Assembly (NCBI RefSeq): GCF_006345805.1
Contig: NC_043024.1
Span: 682,001 to 746,000 of the forward strand
Direction of reading: 5' to 3'
DNA length: 64,000 nucleotides
Origin: Octopus sinensis
Lineage: Eukaryota
In this document: one piece after another, positions 12,555 through 24,600 of the stretch
Numbering within the stretch: position 1 is the first letter of the stretch
Layout: each line of letters starts with the position of its first letter
Made by a program: the position numbers and the translations under genes
The notes under the pieces: model-generated
Seen by the model: only the letters and a program-made list of their open reading frames with translations
Databases searched by the model: none
What the model was told of the DNA's origin: nothing

Positions 12555-12694
12555 TGACGGAATCTTCATGAAGTGGCTGGAGCACTACAAGAAGTGCATT
12601 GAAGTCAGAAGATTCTACTTTGAAAGAGATTAAAGTTTTCTACTTCTTTGAAATTAATGCCTTTCCTAAAAAAACTTCTGGAATGCACCTTGTA
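12555..12694 (+). mobile_element. Mariner 3' end remnant
   Basis: KWLEHYKKCIEVRRFYFERD* resembles the mariner C-terminus (RW.KC....G.YFE), followed by a TIR-like aaacttctggaatgcaccttg and TA. Confidence 0.55.
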
Positions 12695-12979
12695 GAAGCT
12701 ATTTACTCAAGGTACCATGCAGTGGAACTGAACCTGAAACTACATGTAATGCAGTTGATTCCAGTTCTTGAATAATACTTAATTCTTTGACCTTGGCCTG
12801 ATTTGAACTCAGACAGCCAGAACCAGTTTGTCAAATCCAAACTGTTAGAAAAGTCTCTGAAAAAATTATGCTTTACCACTAAAAAAAATAATAATAAAGA
12901 CATTTTGGATAATGTTATCCAAGGTGAACTTAGTCTGAAGAGATGGAATGGTCATGTTAGGGGCAGGAACATCTTAGAT

Positions 12980-13320
12980 CAGTGGTTCTCAGCTAGGATC
13001 CCTATGGTCCCTGAGGGTCCATATAAGATTTTTGAGGATCCACACAGCAAAATAGTAAATGAGGGATCCACAATAGTATTTTAAGGGACCCTGAAAACAA
13101 TTTTGCTGTAGATGTATGTGTTGCAAGAAACATCTAGGTTTCTTTCTCTAACATTTTACATAGTTCAACCGACGACCAGTTAATGCGTGAAAAATTAAAT
13201 AGGAATTTTGAGAGAAGTTTCTATAAAGCTAAGTTTTAAACATCAAATGGCTATGGGGGTCCACCAGAATAAAATACTAATCAAAGGGGTCCATAGATGA
13301 AAAATAGGTGGGAACCCTTG
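12980..13320. mobile_element. hAT-type MITE
   Basis: cagtggttctca...gggaacccttg ends with an 8-bp TSD (tcttagat/ccttagat). Related copy at about 7056-7343. Confidence 0.65.
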
Positions 13321-16041
13321 CCTTAGATGATTGATTAGCTGGAGGAAGACTGACCTGGGCCATGGGGAATGGGGGTTAACCCATCAGCTAGCATTCAGAT
13401 AACTCTGTCAACTGTAATGCTTATTTGTTTTGCAGAGTTTTGAATTAATCTTGCATTATCTTTTAGCTTTTAGAGTTTGATGAAATGATTGTTTATTTTT
13501 AGAATGACATTGTAGGGTAGGTGTGAGAGATCAGATCTGACCAGTATGAACATAAAGCAAGTAGGATATGTGAACTGGATTTGGCCAGCTTAAATGCTAC
13601 ACGGTTAGACTACTACTACGTAATGATGATGCCAGTACCACCTGACTGGTTCCTGTGCCAGTGGCATGTAAAAAGCACCCACTACACTCTGAGAGTGGTT
13701 GGCGTTAGGAAGGGCATCCAGCTGTAGAAACTTTGCCAGATCAGATTGGAGCCTGGTGCAGCCATCTGGCTTGCCAGCATGAAAAGTAGATGTTAAACAA
13801 CGATGTGTGTGTTTTATATATAAACACACCACGTGTAAAATATTTGAAGTTTAAATAAAAAAGGTGGATAAATACATACACTGAAATAAACGAACCTACA
13901 CAGAGTTATTTGTGTTATTCGGCTACCCTAATGACAAATGTGAAACGATCCTTCCATCTAACAAACACACACACACACACCTACAGAAAACCTATTGTTT
14001 ATAGACATGGCCATACAGGATACATATATCTACTCATTGTTTTACTATTAAACACTCAGAACTATCGAAGCATTGTTTACAATCACACCTATTTAGGTCA
14101 TATACACACTACTGTCTTACTATCACACTTATGTTAACAAACAGAGAATACGCATATACATACAAGGAACACATACATATGAAGGACAGATATATATATA
14201 CACACACACATACTATTGTTTATTATGCGATACATAAGCACAAATACCGAAATATTTGCATAAATTACAAAATTAGGTATAAATTGAAATATTGTAGAAG
14301 CGGTGGTGGAGATGGTAAAGTAAGTGCATTGCTGCTGCCATCACCACCACCACCAAGTCTGTGTTGAACAAGTTCTTTTTGTTTAACCATAGGTCAACCC
14401 TGATAAGCAATATCTGTAATGATCAAGGATATTGAAACTGTATCTTCTACTCAAAGTACCTTTAAGATTACATTATCTAATATGGCTACAACCCCCCCCC
14501 CCCCAAAAAAAAAACAGAAGCTAAGATGTAGTTTGAGAGAGATTTGCTGTAGTTTCTAGCAAATCAACCACATAAAGACTATCTTTTCCATTACCTAGTA
14601 GTAGTAGTTTAACCGTGTAGCATTTAAACTGGCCAAATCCAGTTCACATATCCTGCTTGCTTTATGTTCATACTGGTCAGATCTGATCTCTCACACCTAC
14701 CCTACAATGTCATTCTAAAAATAAACAATGGTGGTGATGGTAGCTGAGGCAGTCAGGGTGATAGTGGTAGTAAGCGATGTGAAAGACAGTGATGATGGTG
14801 ATGGAGGGGAAGGCAGCAAAGTCAAAGGTATTGGTGGTGGTAGCATCAGAAATCTGAACGGTGTGTGTATGGCAGTTGTGGAGGCAATAGTGGCATGTAT
14901 TGGTGATGGTGATGGTTGTAAACAATCAACAGAAAGAGAGAGAGAGAGGTTAGAAAAACAAATTGTACTGACCCCGAAATGAGAAGGCAAAAAATGTTGT
15001 TTATCATGCAGCTTTGCAGTAAGTTCCAGGTTGACAAATTATTGTTTTGATGAAAATTGTTCCTTGCTTGAAAAATATTAGTCAAGTTTAATAAAATTCA
15101 ATATGAAATCAATTCATGAAATGTCATTGTTGGGCCCAAGGCCCAATGAAGAGCCTTTCATAGGAGCTAGCTTAAAAGCTGCCCTGTCTGGCAGCTTTTA
15201 AGCTAGTAGGCAATAAACTGGACAAAGAAATCTGAATACTGAAGGGTCAACTGTTTTGATCCCAATCTGCCTGACCTATCCCCCACCATCGATCTACAAT
15301 ATTAACTTCTTATTTCAAATATTGGCACAAGGCTGGTCTTTTCAGTGGGGAATGGGTGATGAGGCAATTACATTTCTTCCAGTGTTCAGCTGGTCCTTAT
15401 TTTAGTGACCCCAAAAAGATGAAAGGCAAATTGACCTTAGCAGAATTTGAACTCAGAATGTAAAGATGCAAGAAATGCTGGTAAGCATTTTGCCCAGCTT
15501 GCTGATGACAATAATTTTAATAGTCCTTTCTACTATAGGCACAATGCCTGAAATTTTGAAGGGGGCAGTTGACTACATCAACCCCAGCGCTCAACTGGTG
15601 CTTATTTTATTGACCCCCAAAAGGACAAAAGACAAAGTTGACCTCTGTGGAATTTGAACTCAATCTAAAAATGGTTGAAATGCCGTTAAACACTTTGCCC
15701 AGCATGCTAACGGTTCTCCCAGCTTGCTGCTTTGCACACTCGTTTAACTCTTTAGCATTTAAACTAGCCATATCTGACCTATTCTTCTTTTATGTTCAAA
15801 GTGGTCAGATCTGGCCTCTCACACCTACCCGAAAATGTAATTCTAAAAATAGTCTTGTTATTGAGATTTGAAAGCTGTAAGATAATCCTTGAGTAATTCA
15901 AAGTAATGTGGATATAAAAGCATGACATTTGACAGTATTTTGAATGCTAAAGGGTTTAGCCTTCATCATCCAGATTACTCTGTCAAATGCAATTCCTTTT
16001 TTACTCAAATTGTTTTGAATTAACCAGGCATTACTTTATAG

Positions 16042-16480
16042 AAGCAATTCTCAACCATTTTTATGGATTCCTTTTGATTACTCTTTTATTCTGGTGGACC
16101 ACCATAACCATTCAATATTTAAAAACTAAATAAATAAGTAAATTTGTGGAAATTGAACTTGTGAAAGGCACTAAAAGAGGACGACTCTCTCCAGACACAA
16201 AATATGCTTCAACACATGAATTCACATAAAAAATTTTGCAAACCAAATACAAAAATGAAATTTAAAAACTAATTTTATAGAAACTTCTTTCAAAATTCCT
16301 ATTTTGTTTTTCACACATTAACTTGTGTAAGTTGAATTAATAAAATGTTCAAGAAAGCTCGTTGTTTCTTGCAATACATACCAATACATCTAAAGCAAAC
16401 TTTTTTCAGGCACCCTTGAAATATTATTGTGGATCCCCAGTTGACTATTTTGTGGTGTGGACCCCAGTCAAGAACCACTG
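16042..16480. mobile_element. hAT-type MITE nested in a piggyBac-type MITE
   Basis: 8-bp TSD ctttatag/ccttatag. It interrupts the family sequence gcattatcttgtagctttgag, which resumes at 16481. Confidence 0.6.
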
Positions 16481-17744
16481 CCTTATAGCTTTGAGGGTTT
16501 CAATGATGTGATTGTTTATTTTTAGAATGTCAATGTAGGCTAGGTGTGATAGGCTGGATATGGCCAGTTGGAATGTAAAACATGTAGAATATTTAGGCTG
16601 GATATGGCATTAAAAGGTTAAGGATTGACTGTCATTTTAATAAATTCTTCATTGGTTTTTTATATTAATAGAAATAAAAGCATGTTGTAACTGCAAAGTG
16701 AGTTAATACATAGATTAAAGCATGAGTTATTACACTTGGTGTAATAAATTAATTAAATTATAAATTAAAAATAGTTCTTGTAATGTAAGCATTACTGATC
16801 ACACATACATAGAATGTTTTGTTTATATGCTGAATTTGCTGCAGGATAGGGTCTGGGAGAGCTCCCTATGAAGTGTATATTTGCAATCAATAATGCTGGC
16901 AAATATTACTGTATTTCTATATTTTTTGTTGTGGCACTGTGTCAGTTATGATGAGTGTTCCAGTTGATCCGACTGACTGAACCACCACCTCACAGACATG
17001 TGTACCCTTAATGTAGACCTCAGGGAGATTCAGCATGACACAGAAATGTAACAAGGCTGGCCCTTTGAAATATGGATATTACTCATTTTTGCCAGCTGAG
17101 TCAACTGGAGCAACACGAAATAAAGTGTGTTGCTCAAGGACACAGTGCATTGCCAAGAATTGAACTTATGATTGTTAGCCAATTAGCCATAACCACCACC
17201 AAGCCACATGCCCTCACTGTGTTTCTAGATACAGTGATGTAAACAATGTGTGCTATTCTCTCAACCATTGTCCTGCCTTGTCTCACCCATTAAATACTTC
17301 AACCCTGTCACCAGACAGGTGGTTTGCTCTAGAATAAAAGTAAAGTTTTGGTATCTGCCATTGAGCCAGTGTTTAATTAAAATAATTATCTGCTAATAGC
17401 GACAGCCATTGGTGTGACTGTGTTTGCTTCCCACCGCATACTTTTGAGTTCAGTCCCACTGCATGGCACCTTGGGCTAGTGTCTTCTACTATAGCCTAAG
17501 GCCGACCAAAGCCTTGTGAGTGGATCTGCTAGATGGAAACTGAATGAAGCCTGTCATTTTATGTCAATTATTTTTAAGGATTCAAAACAAAAAAACTATA
17601 ATATAGTAGTGTTGCTGAATTTGTTCAGCTTTAATCATCTTTATTGGTTTTCCACTACTTCCAGTATTGAGGAGGATTTTTATAATTGTTATCTGTACAT
17701 TGTATAATTATTATTTCTAAAATAAAATACTTTCTCTCTTCCAG

Positions 17745-17801
17745 AATATACAACACTTGAAGCAATGTAAGATAAGAACTTTTACTACAGCACCAAGTAC
17801 T
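17745..17801 (+). CDS. CS: Citrate synthase, first recognisable coding exon (end of mitochondrial presequence, NIQHLKQCKIRTFTTAPST)
   Basis: Polypyrimidine tract plus CAG acceptor (tttctctcttccag) and GTGAGT donor. 57 nt, phase 0/0. Basic/hydroxylated peptide ending in ST, directly before NLKD, as in vertebrate CS exon 2. Low sequence conservation, so the call rests on splice signals and phase. Confidence 0.75.
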
Positions 17802-18836
17802 GTGAGTAGCTTTTTATGAGTCTCTGATTTCTGTTTTGGTATAACTTATTCACACACACTCATGCACTCCCATTTGCACACTCTTACATGCACCCTCTTG
17901 TGCACATGTGCCCTCTCACACCACATGCACACACTCTCACTATGCACTCTCGCTCATACACCACACATACTTACCAGATGCACTCCCTCACACTTTGCAT
18001 GCACACACTTCCTCAAACCACATGCTCTTGCTCACTTGTAATATTTCACCCCTCCCCCCACACACAGCTATGTACATTCGGTCTCTCTCTCAGACATAGT
18101 TGTGTGTACTCACTCATTTGTTGTTGCTCCCTACAGTCATCTACTTCACTCACTAACGTACCCCTAGAGTTTGTTTGTGAGTGACTGAGATGCTAAGTCC
18201 AATTTGTCTTTCACCTCTGTTGACAAATGACCAACCAGAGACAAGGTGGTGGTGTTAGCCTTCAGGATGGCCCTCATACAGCAGATTCCTCATTAAAGGG
18301 CTTCTAGCTGTAACCATTTCATCTTTTCACTTTCTGATACAAAATAATCAAAAACTACAGTGTAGAATGTGTCCTTCCTATTTTAAAATTATAGTGTTAC
18401 ACGAGGGAGACTTTATTGCTATTTCTCACAAGTTGTGTGATAAAATACTGGTTCTTTTAGCTCTGTTAGCAACATCTTTTTTTGGTTGGTGAGATAATTT
18501 TGCATCATTTAGCAGCATCCTTGTTGATTGCTCTATTATTAACATTCTTACTGGTTCAGTAGGTACCTTTTAGCTTCATAATTCGTCCCCTGTTTAGTTT
18601 GAGAAGCTCTCTCAGCTCAGTTATCTTTCCTGTTCAAGAAGCTCTTTCATTATTATCATCATTTAACATCTGCTTTCCATGCTGGCATGCGTTGGATGGT
18701 TTAACTGGAGGTGGTAAGCTGCAGTGCTGCATTTGTCTGTTTTGGAATGATTTCTACAGCTGAAAGCCCTTCCTAATGCCAGCCATTTTACAGAGTGCAC
18801 TGGGTGTCTTTTACATGTTACTGGCATCGGTGCATT

Positions 18837-19970
18837 TTGCATGACGCCAGCACGAACAACCCCTTGCATGACACTAACATGAGCAACCCCTTGCGTGACG
18901 CTGGCACGAGCAACCCCTTGCGTGACGCCGACATGAGCAACCCCTTGCATGATGCCAGCAAGAGCAACCTCTTACATGACGCTGGCACGAACAACCCCTT
19001 GCATGACACTAACATGAGCAACCCCTTGCGTGACGCTGGCACGAGCAACCCCTTGCGTGACGCCGACATGAGCAACCCCTTGCATGATGCCAGCAAGAGC
19101 AACCTCTTACATGACGCTGGCACGAACAACCCCTTGCATGACACTAACATGAGCAACCCCTTGCGTGACGCTGGCACGAGCAACCCCTTGCGTGACGCCG
19201 ACATGAGCAACCCCTTGCATGATGCCAGCAAGAGCAACCTCTTACATGACGCTGGCACGAACAACCCCTTGCATGACACTAACATGAGCAACCCCTTGCG
19301 TGACGCTGGCACGAGCAACCCATTGCGTGACGCCGACACAAGCAACCCCTTGTGTGACGCCGACATGAGCAACCCCTTGCATGATGCCAGCAAGAGCAAC
19401 CTCTTACATGACGCTGGCACGAACAACCCCTTGCATGACTCCGGCATGAGCAACCCCTTGCATGATGCCAGCAAGAGCAACCCCTTGCATGACGCTGGCA
19501 CGAACAACCCCTTGCATGACTCCGGCACGAGTAACCCCTTGCATGATGCCAGCAAGAGCAACCTCTTACATGACGCTGGCACGAACAACCCCTTGCATGA
19601 CTCCGGCATGAGCAACCCCTTGCATGATGCCAGCAAGAGCAACCCCTTGCATGACGCTGGCACGAGCAACCCCTTGCATGACTCCGGCACGAGTAACCCC
19701 TTGCATGACTCCGGCACAAGTAACCCCTTGCATGATGCCGGCAAGAGCAACCTCTTGCATGACGCTGGCACGAACAACCCCTTGCATGATGCCAGCAAGA
19801 GCAACCCCTTGCATGATGCCGGCACGAGCAACCCCTTGCATGACGCTGGCACGAGCAACCCCTTGCATGACGCTGGCACGAGCGACCCCTTGCATGACGC
19901 CGGCACGAGCAACCCCTTGCATGATGCCGGCACGAGCGACCCCTTGCATGACGCCGGCACGAGCAACCCC
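18837..19970. repeat. 27-bp GC-rich minisatellite, about 42 units, with 135-bp higher-order structure
   Basis: Unit cttgcatgacgctggcacgagcaaccc. Lies in the CS intron and ends 90 nt before the 20061 exon. Confidence 0.95.
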
Positions 19971-20060
19971 AGTGTAGGTGCCTTTAGTGAAATTGCTTAT
20001 GTTTCCTTCGAAATCTAAAACATTATTATTATTAATTTTTATTCATTTGTTTGGTTTCAG

Positions 20061-20168
20061 AATTTAAAAGATGTTTTAGAAAAGAAAATTCCTGAAAAAC
20101 AAAAAGAAGTCATCGAGTTCCGTAAACAACATGGCAATACAAAGATTGGTGAAGTTACAGTTGACCAG
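20061..20168 (+). CDS. CS: Citrate synthase exon (NLKDVLEKKIPEKQKEVIEFRKQHGNTKIGEVTVDQ)
   Basis: tttcag acceptor and gtatgt donor, 108 nt. Matches the mature N-terminus of eukaryotic CS (NLKDIL...FRQQHGKTVVGQITVD). Confidence 0.95.
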
Positions 20169-21726
20169 GTATGTTGTTGCTGTTAAGCCCAAGATTAGCT
20201 CTAATCCAGTCTTCTTTGTCATTTAGGCCTTTTGTTACCATTTTTCTGTTGAAACACACTTTGTTTCGATTAATTTTTAAAATAATGTATTTAGTAAAAT
20301 AGACTTTGTCATTATTAACCTTTTAGCATTCAGATTATTCTGTGAAATGTGGTATTTATTTGTTTTGAATTAATCATGTATTGTCTTGTAGCTTTGAGAA
20401 TTTGATGATGTGATTGTTTTAGAATGACATTGTAGGTTAGGTGTGAGAGGCCATATCTGATCAGTTTCACCATAAAACAGAATATTTGGGCTGGATGTGG
20501 CTGGTTTAACCCTTTAGCATTCAGCATACTCTGTCAATTGTAATGCTTATTTATTCACATTATTTTGAAATAATCATGCATTCTCATAGCTTCAAGATTT
20601 CAACGATGTGATTGTTTTATTTTTAGAATGGCATTGTAAGGTAGATTGGAAAGGCTGGATCTGGCCAGTTTGAATGTAAAACTTGTGGAATATTTTAGCC
20701 AGATATGGCCAGTTTAAATGCTAAAGGGTTGAGTACTGAAGTATTAAGCTGGTGTTTGCAATATTCATTAACCTGAAATGTTCATGGAAGGTTTACATCA
20801 CCTTAACACAGGAAATTTGTATCATAGACCTGATGGTAATATCAGGTGGGTTGATATGAAAAAAAGAGTTGATGGCAACTTACTGTGATCATTTTTGTTT
20901 TTCCAATCATGGTGCATCTAGGCATACACTATACAGTGTGTCATTCCTTGTTGTTGTAGGCCTCAACGTTTGGATCGGCCTTAGCTACTGAAGACTGCAT
21001 GTACCCTGTATATGTTGTTGACTCTACATGCACCCAAGATGTGTTATTGATCCTGCTTGCTTGTACTCAGAATACATTGTTGAACCTACATATACTATAA
21101 GATGTTATTATTGTACCCCGTGTTTTGTTAATTTTACATTTTCCATGGATATGTTAATCCAACATGTATCCAGTATCTTTTAACTTTATGTGTACCTTAT
21201 ATATGTTGTTTATCCTACATGTGCCAATCATTGTTCTCATTTGATGTCTCTTTTCCATGCTGGCATGGGTTGGACGGCTTGACAAGTGCTGGCAAGAACA
21301 GAGCTGCACCAGGTTCCAGTCTGATTTTGCTTGCTTTCTACGGTTGGATGCTCTTCCTAAAGCCACCCACTCCACAGACTGCTGAGTGCTTTTTAGGTGG
21401 CACTGGCACGAAAGCTTTTTATGTGGTGCCAGCCCAGTTGCTTTTATGTGTCACCAGCATGTGCTGCGAGGCTCTTTCAGGTCAATTCTCTTGAGCAGGG
21501 GCTGTGGCATTAACAATTCTGCTGTGAAGGACGTGTCTCCTTGAGCACAGCAAGGTGTCAGGTATCTTGGTCCTTTGTCATCTCCTCCGTGAGGCTCAGT
21601 GTCCTGAGGTTGTCCTTCAGTACTTTGTCCTATGTCCTCCCGGGTTTCCCCCTTCCACAAGTTTCATCCACCTTGAGTGATCAGCACTTCTTTATGGAGC
21701 TGTCTACATCCATTTACATCATATGT

Positions 21727-21960
21727 GGAGGTGTGTGGCTCAGTGGTTAGGGTGTTGGACTCATGATCATAAGATTGTGGTTTCAATTCCTGGACCAGGT
21801 GATGCATTGTTTTTGAGCAAAACACTTCATTTCACATTGCTCCAGTTCATTCAGTTGGCAAAAATGACTAATCCTGTGATGAACCGGTGCCCCGTCCAGG
21901 TGGGAGAATGTATATGTCATGGAAACCAGGAAACTGGCCCTTATGAGTCAGCATGACTCA
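21727..21960 (+). mobile_element. tRNA-derived SINE, second family (also about 38320-38580, 46304-46440, 46638-46710, 49480-49640 on -)
   Basis: tggctcagtggttag (A box) ... ggtttcaattcc (B box), then ttgagcaaaacacttcatttcacattgctccag. Confidence 0.65.
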
Positions 21961-22148
21961 AGAAGGTAATCTTTACTTTTACCTTACTCAGATCTTATGA
22001 CCAAACCAGAGCAGTCTTCTCTCTGGCACCAGTATGGACACCAGTTTATATTGTTAATCGTACATGTATTCCATGTGTTGTTAGCTCCAGGTGTTCATGG
22101 TGTTTTGTGTGTTGTTGACCCCTACATTTGATTTTGTTCTTTCTGCAG

Positions 22149-22367
22149 GTGTTTGGTGGTATGCGTGGCATCAAAGGCCTTGTAACGGAGACCTCTGTCC
22201 TAGATGCAGATGAAGGGATCCGTTTCCGAAATTACAGCATTCCGGAATGTCAGGAAATCCTACCAAAAGCTCATGGCGGTGGAGAAGAACCTCTCCCAGA
22301 GGGTCTGTTTTGGCTCCTGGTCACAGGTGATGTACCAACCCAGGAGCAGGTTGATGCTATTTCGAAG
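22149..22367 (+). CDS. CS: Citrate synthase exon ([27 protein letters not shown]...[15 protein letters not shown]...ISK)
   Basis: ctgcag acceptor and gtaagg donor, 219 nt. GGMRG, ETSVLD, GIRFR and [11 protein letters not shown] motifs. Confidence 0.97.
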
Positions 22368-22850
22368 GTAAGGTTCTGTCTCTCTCCAAAAGTTTCTAAA
22401 ACGTCGGGTGCTCAGTCAGATAGTATCCTCAGAGATTTCCAGATGATGTATTGTGAGGTGGGGGTGGGGATAGCTACTACAGAAGTTTGTAGGTCAGGTG
22501 TTAAGGATAGCTGGGTGAGTCTTAAATCAGGTGCTTTTCACAGTGAGGCGTAGATACTGTCGTATCGAGATGATCAGGGAAAGTGTGACGATGTGGGGAA
22601 TGTAGATACTCTCATATCTAAAAAGTCAGGTGTGGTGGGGTGACATTGCAGGGAGATACTGTAGTAATAGCTAGAGAGTCTGATGTAATAGGGTGATATT
22701 GGGGGTAGGGCAGATACTGTACTTGTATGATGTGGGGGTGGAGGGAGATACTGTAGCTATATCTACAAAGTAAAAGACATTTAAATAAAAAATATATTTG
22801 TGGACTATCAAGTAATTGATGGCCTTTAGATAAGCTTTTTGTATCAGGAT

Positions 22851-23276
22851 TTAACCCTTTGACGTAGAGATTACTCTAACGAGTCTAATGCTTATTTATT
22901 TGCATTGGTTTGAATTATGTATTATCTTGTGGCTTTGAAATTTCAATTATGTTGTTATTTTTAGAATAACATTGTAAGGTGTGGGAAGCCAGATCTGATT
23001 TGGTCAGTTTGAATATGAAACGGGTAGAATATTTGGGCTGGATATGGCCATTTTAAGCTCTTAGCACACAGATTACTCTGTCAAATGTAATACTTATTTG
23101 TTCACATTGATGTGAATTAGTCATGAATTATCTTATGGCTTTGCGATTTCACTGATATGATTGTTTGATTTTAGAATAATATTGTAGGGTAAGTGTGAGA
23201 GACCAGATCTGGATGGTTTGAAGATAAAGCAGAATATTTGGGCTGGATACGGCCGGTTTAAATGCTAAAGGGTTAA
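22851..23276. mobile_element. piggyBac-type MITE (dimer); family also at about 10060-10280, 13376-13606, 15744-15957, 20316-20730 and 32132-32328
   Basis: TTAA|CCCTTT...AAAGGG|TTAA termini with a ~210-bp internal unit. Confidence 0.7.
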
Positions 23277-24183
23277 TTTTAGCCAGTGATGGGGATGGTG
23301 GAAATACGCAAAACTATTATAATGCATCGAGTATGGTACAACAAGTGATAAATTGTTACATAAGTAACTTTGGAAGTGTAGTTTTGTCACCATGGGTAAT
23401 ATGAGGAAATACAGCATGGCCATGGCTTCGTAGTTAGAAGTTTGCTTCCTAACCACATAATGTAGGTGTGGGGTAATGGCAAAATAGAATATAAGAAATA
23501 AGCTGTTACTAATAGAATTTGCTGATGTTGGGAGATATCAAGGAGATAGAGCGGAAGTATCTTGAAGGTCAGAAACAGGTTTGACAATAAATAGAGCAAC
23601 AACAATAACAGCAACTGTTACAATTGCAGGGATTTCCCAAGATTGCCAATCAACAATAAAAAATATTGCCTTTGCAACTGGTGCTTCTATCACTTGTTTC
23701 ATCACAACATTGTTGTTCTACTGCCAACCCCACCACCACAAGCAGCAATAACATGACTGTTTCCTCTAGAACTGCTCTAAAAGTATACTCCTTTACAGAA
23801 ATGGCAAGGTTCCATGAGCAACTTTCTATAAAAGACAAACACAGGAATCTAAGCAATGCAGAAGAACTCATCTACAGAGCAAAAAATGTGAGCTTGATTT
23901 GCACTTTCTTCACAACTGATGATAAGAAGTGCCAGGAGAGATATTATATACCAGTGTGCATTTATTAAAAACGGACAGGTTTTAATGCTTTGCACAGCCA
24001 TGTGGGGAAAATGTCCAAAAGGAATATGTTACAACATACATTATGTAACTCCTGCCAGGCAATATAGCTGTGTAGAAGTGAGATTGTGAAGCCTTTTGTG
24101 TGTTTCACTGTTCCTTGTGTATAAACTTTTACATCTAAATACACCAGCACCTCTTATAAGATACACACCAAATTGTTATCAAA

Positions 24184-24564
24184 CTAGCAGTATAGCCCAG
24201 CGTTGCTCAGGTTTGTTTTCTTTTCGACCCTTTAGAATCGGAATTTTTGAAAAGTAAAAATTTTGCATTATGTAGCTTGTTATTCTCTTTAAGTGAACAT
24301 TTTTCTCATTGAAATACACCGAAAAATGGCGACACAGCAGTCAAAAAAATCGTTAAAAAATAGGGATTTTCATAGAAAAAAGCACCTTTTTGATGTTAAT
24401 AATTTTTGGTCTTAACATGGTCAGATTTGAATTATTTCTTCTATGGAATGAATAGTGAGCCTTCTTTTATCATACTTTTGGTTAACTTGCGCTGCAAAGC
24501 CTTGGAGTAGATAGTGTTAGTTGAAGGCTACCAAACCTGCCACACACACACAGCCAACTTCAGC

Positions 24565-24600
<36 letters not shown>
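24184..24600 (-). mobile_element. Non-autonomous Helitron
   Basis: Minus strand starts A|TC(TATA)n and ends with a GC-rich hairpin (cctgagcaacgctggg) then CTAG|T. No TSD. Confidence 0.7.

Noticed and set aside
18795-20018. 407-aa ORF (and antisense 382-aa ORF) as a repetitive protein gene
   Set aside because: Product of a 27-bp (multiple of 3) minisatellite. It is open on both strands, lies inside a CS intron, starts in a retroelement tail and has no unique domain.
21727-21800. tRNA gene
   Set aside because: A/B boxes are present but there is no full cloverleaf, and it continues into a dispersed SINE body.
23666-23968. 100-aa intronic ORF
   Set aside because: No motif recognised and no supporting splice structure; probably chance or a decayed element.
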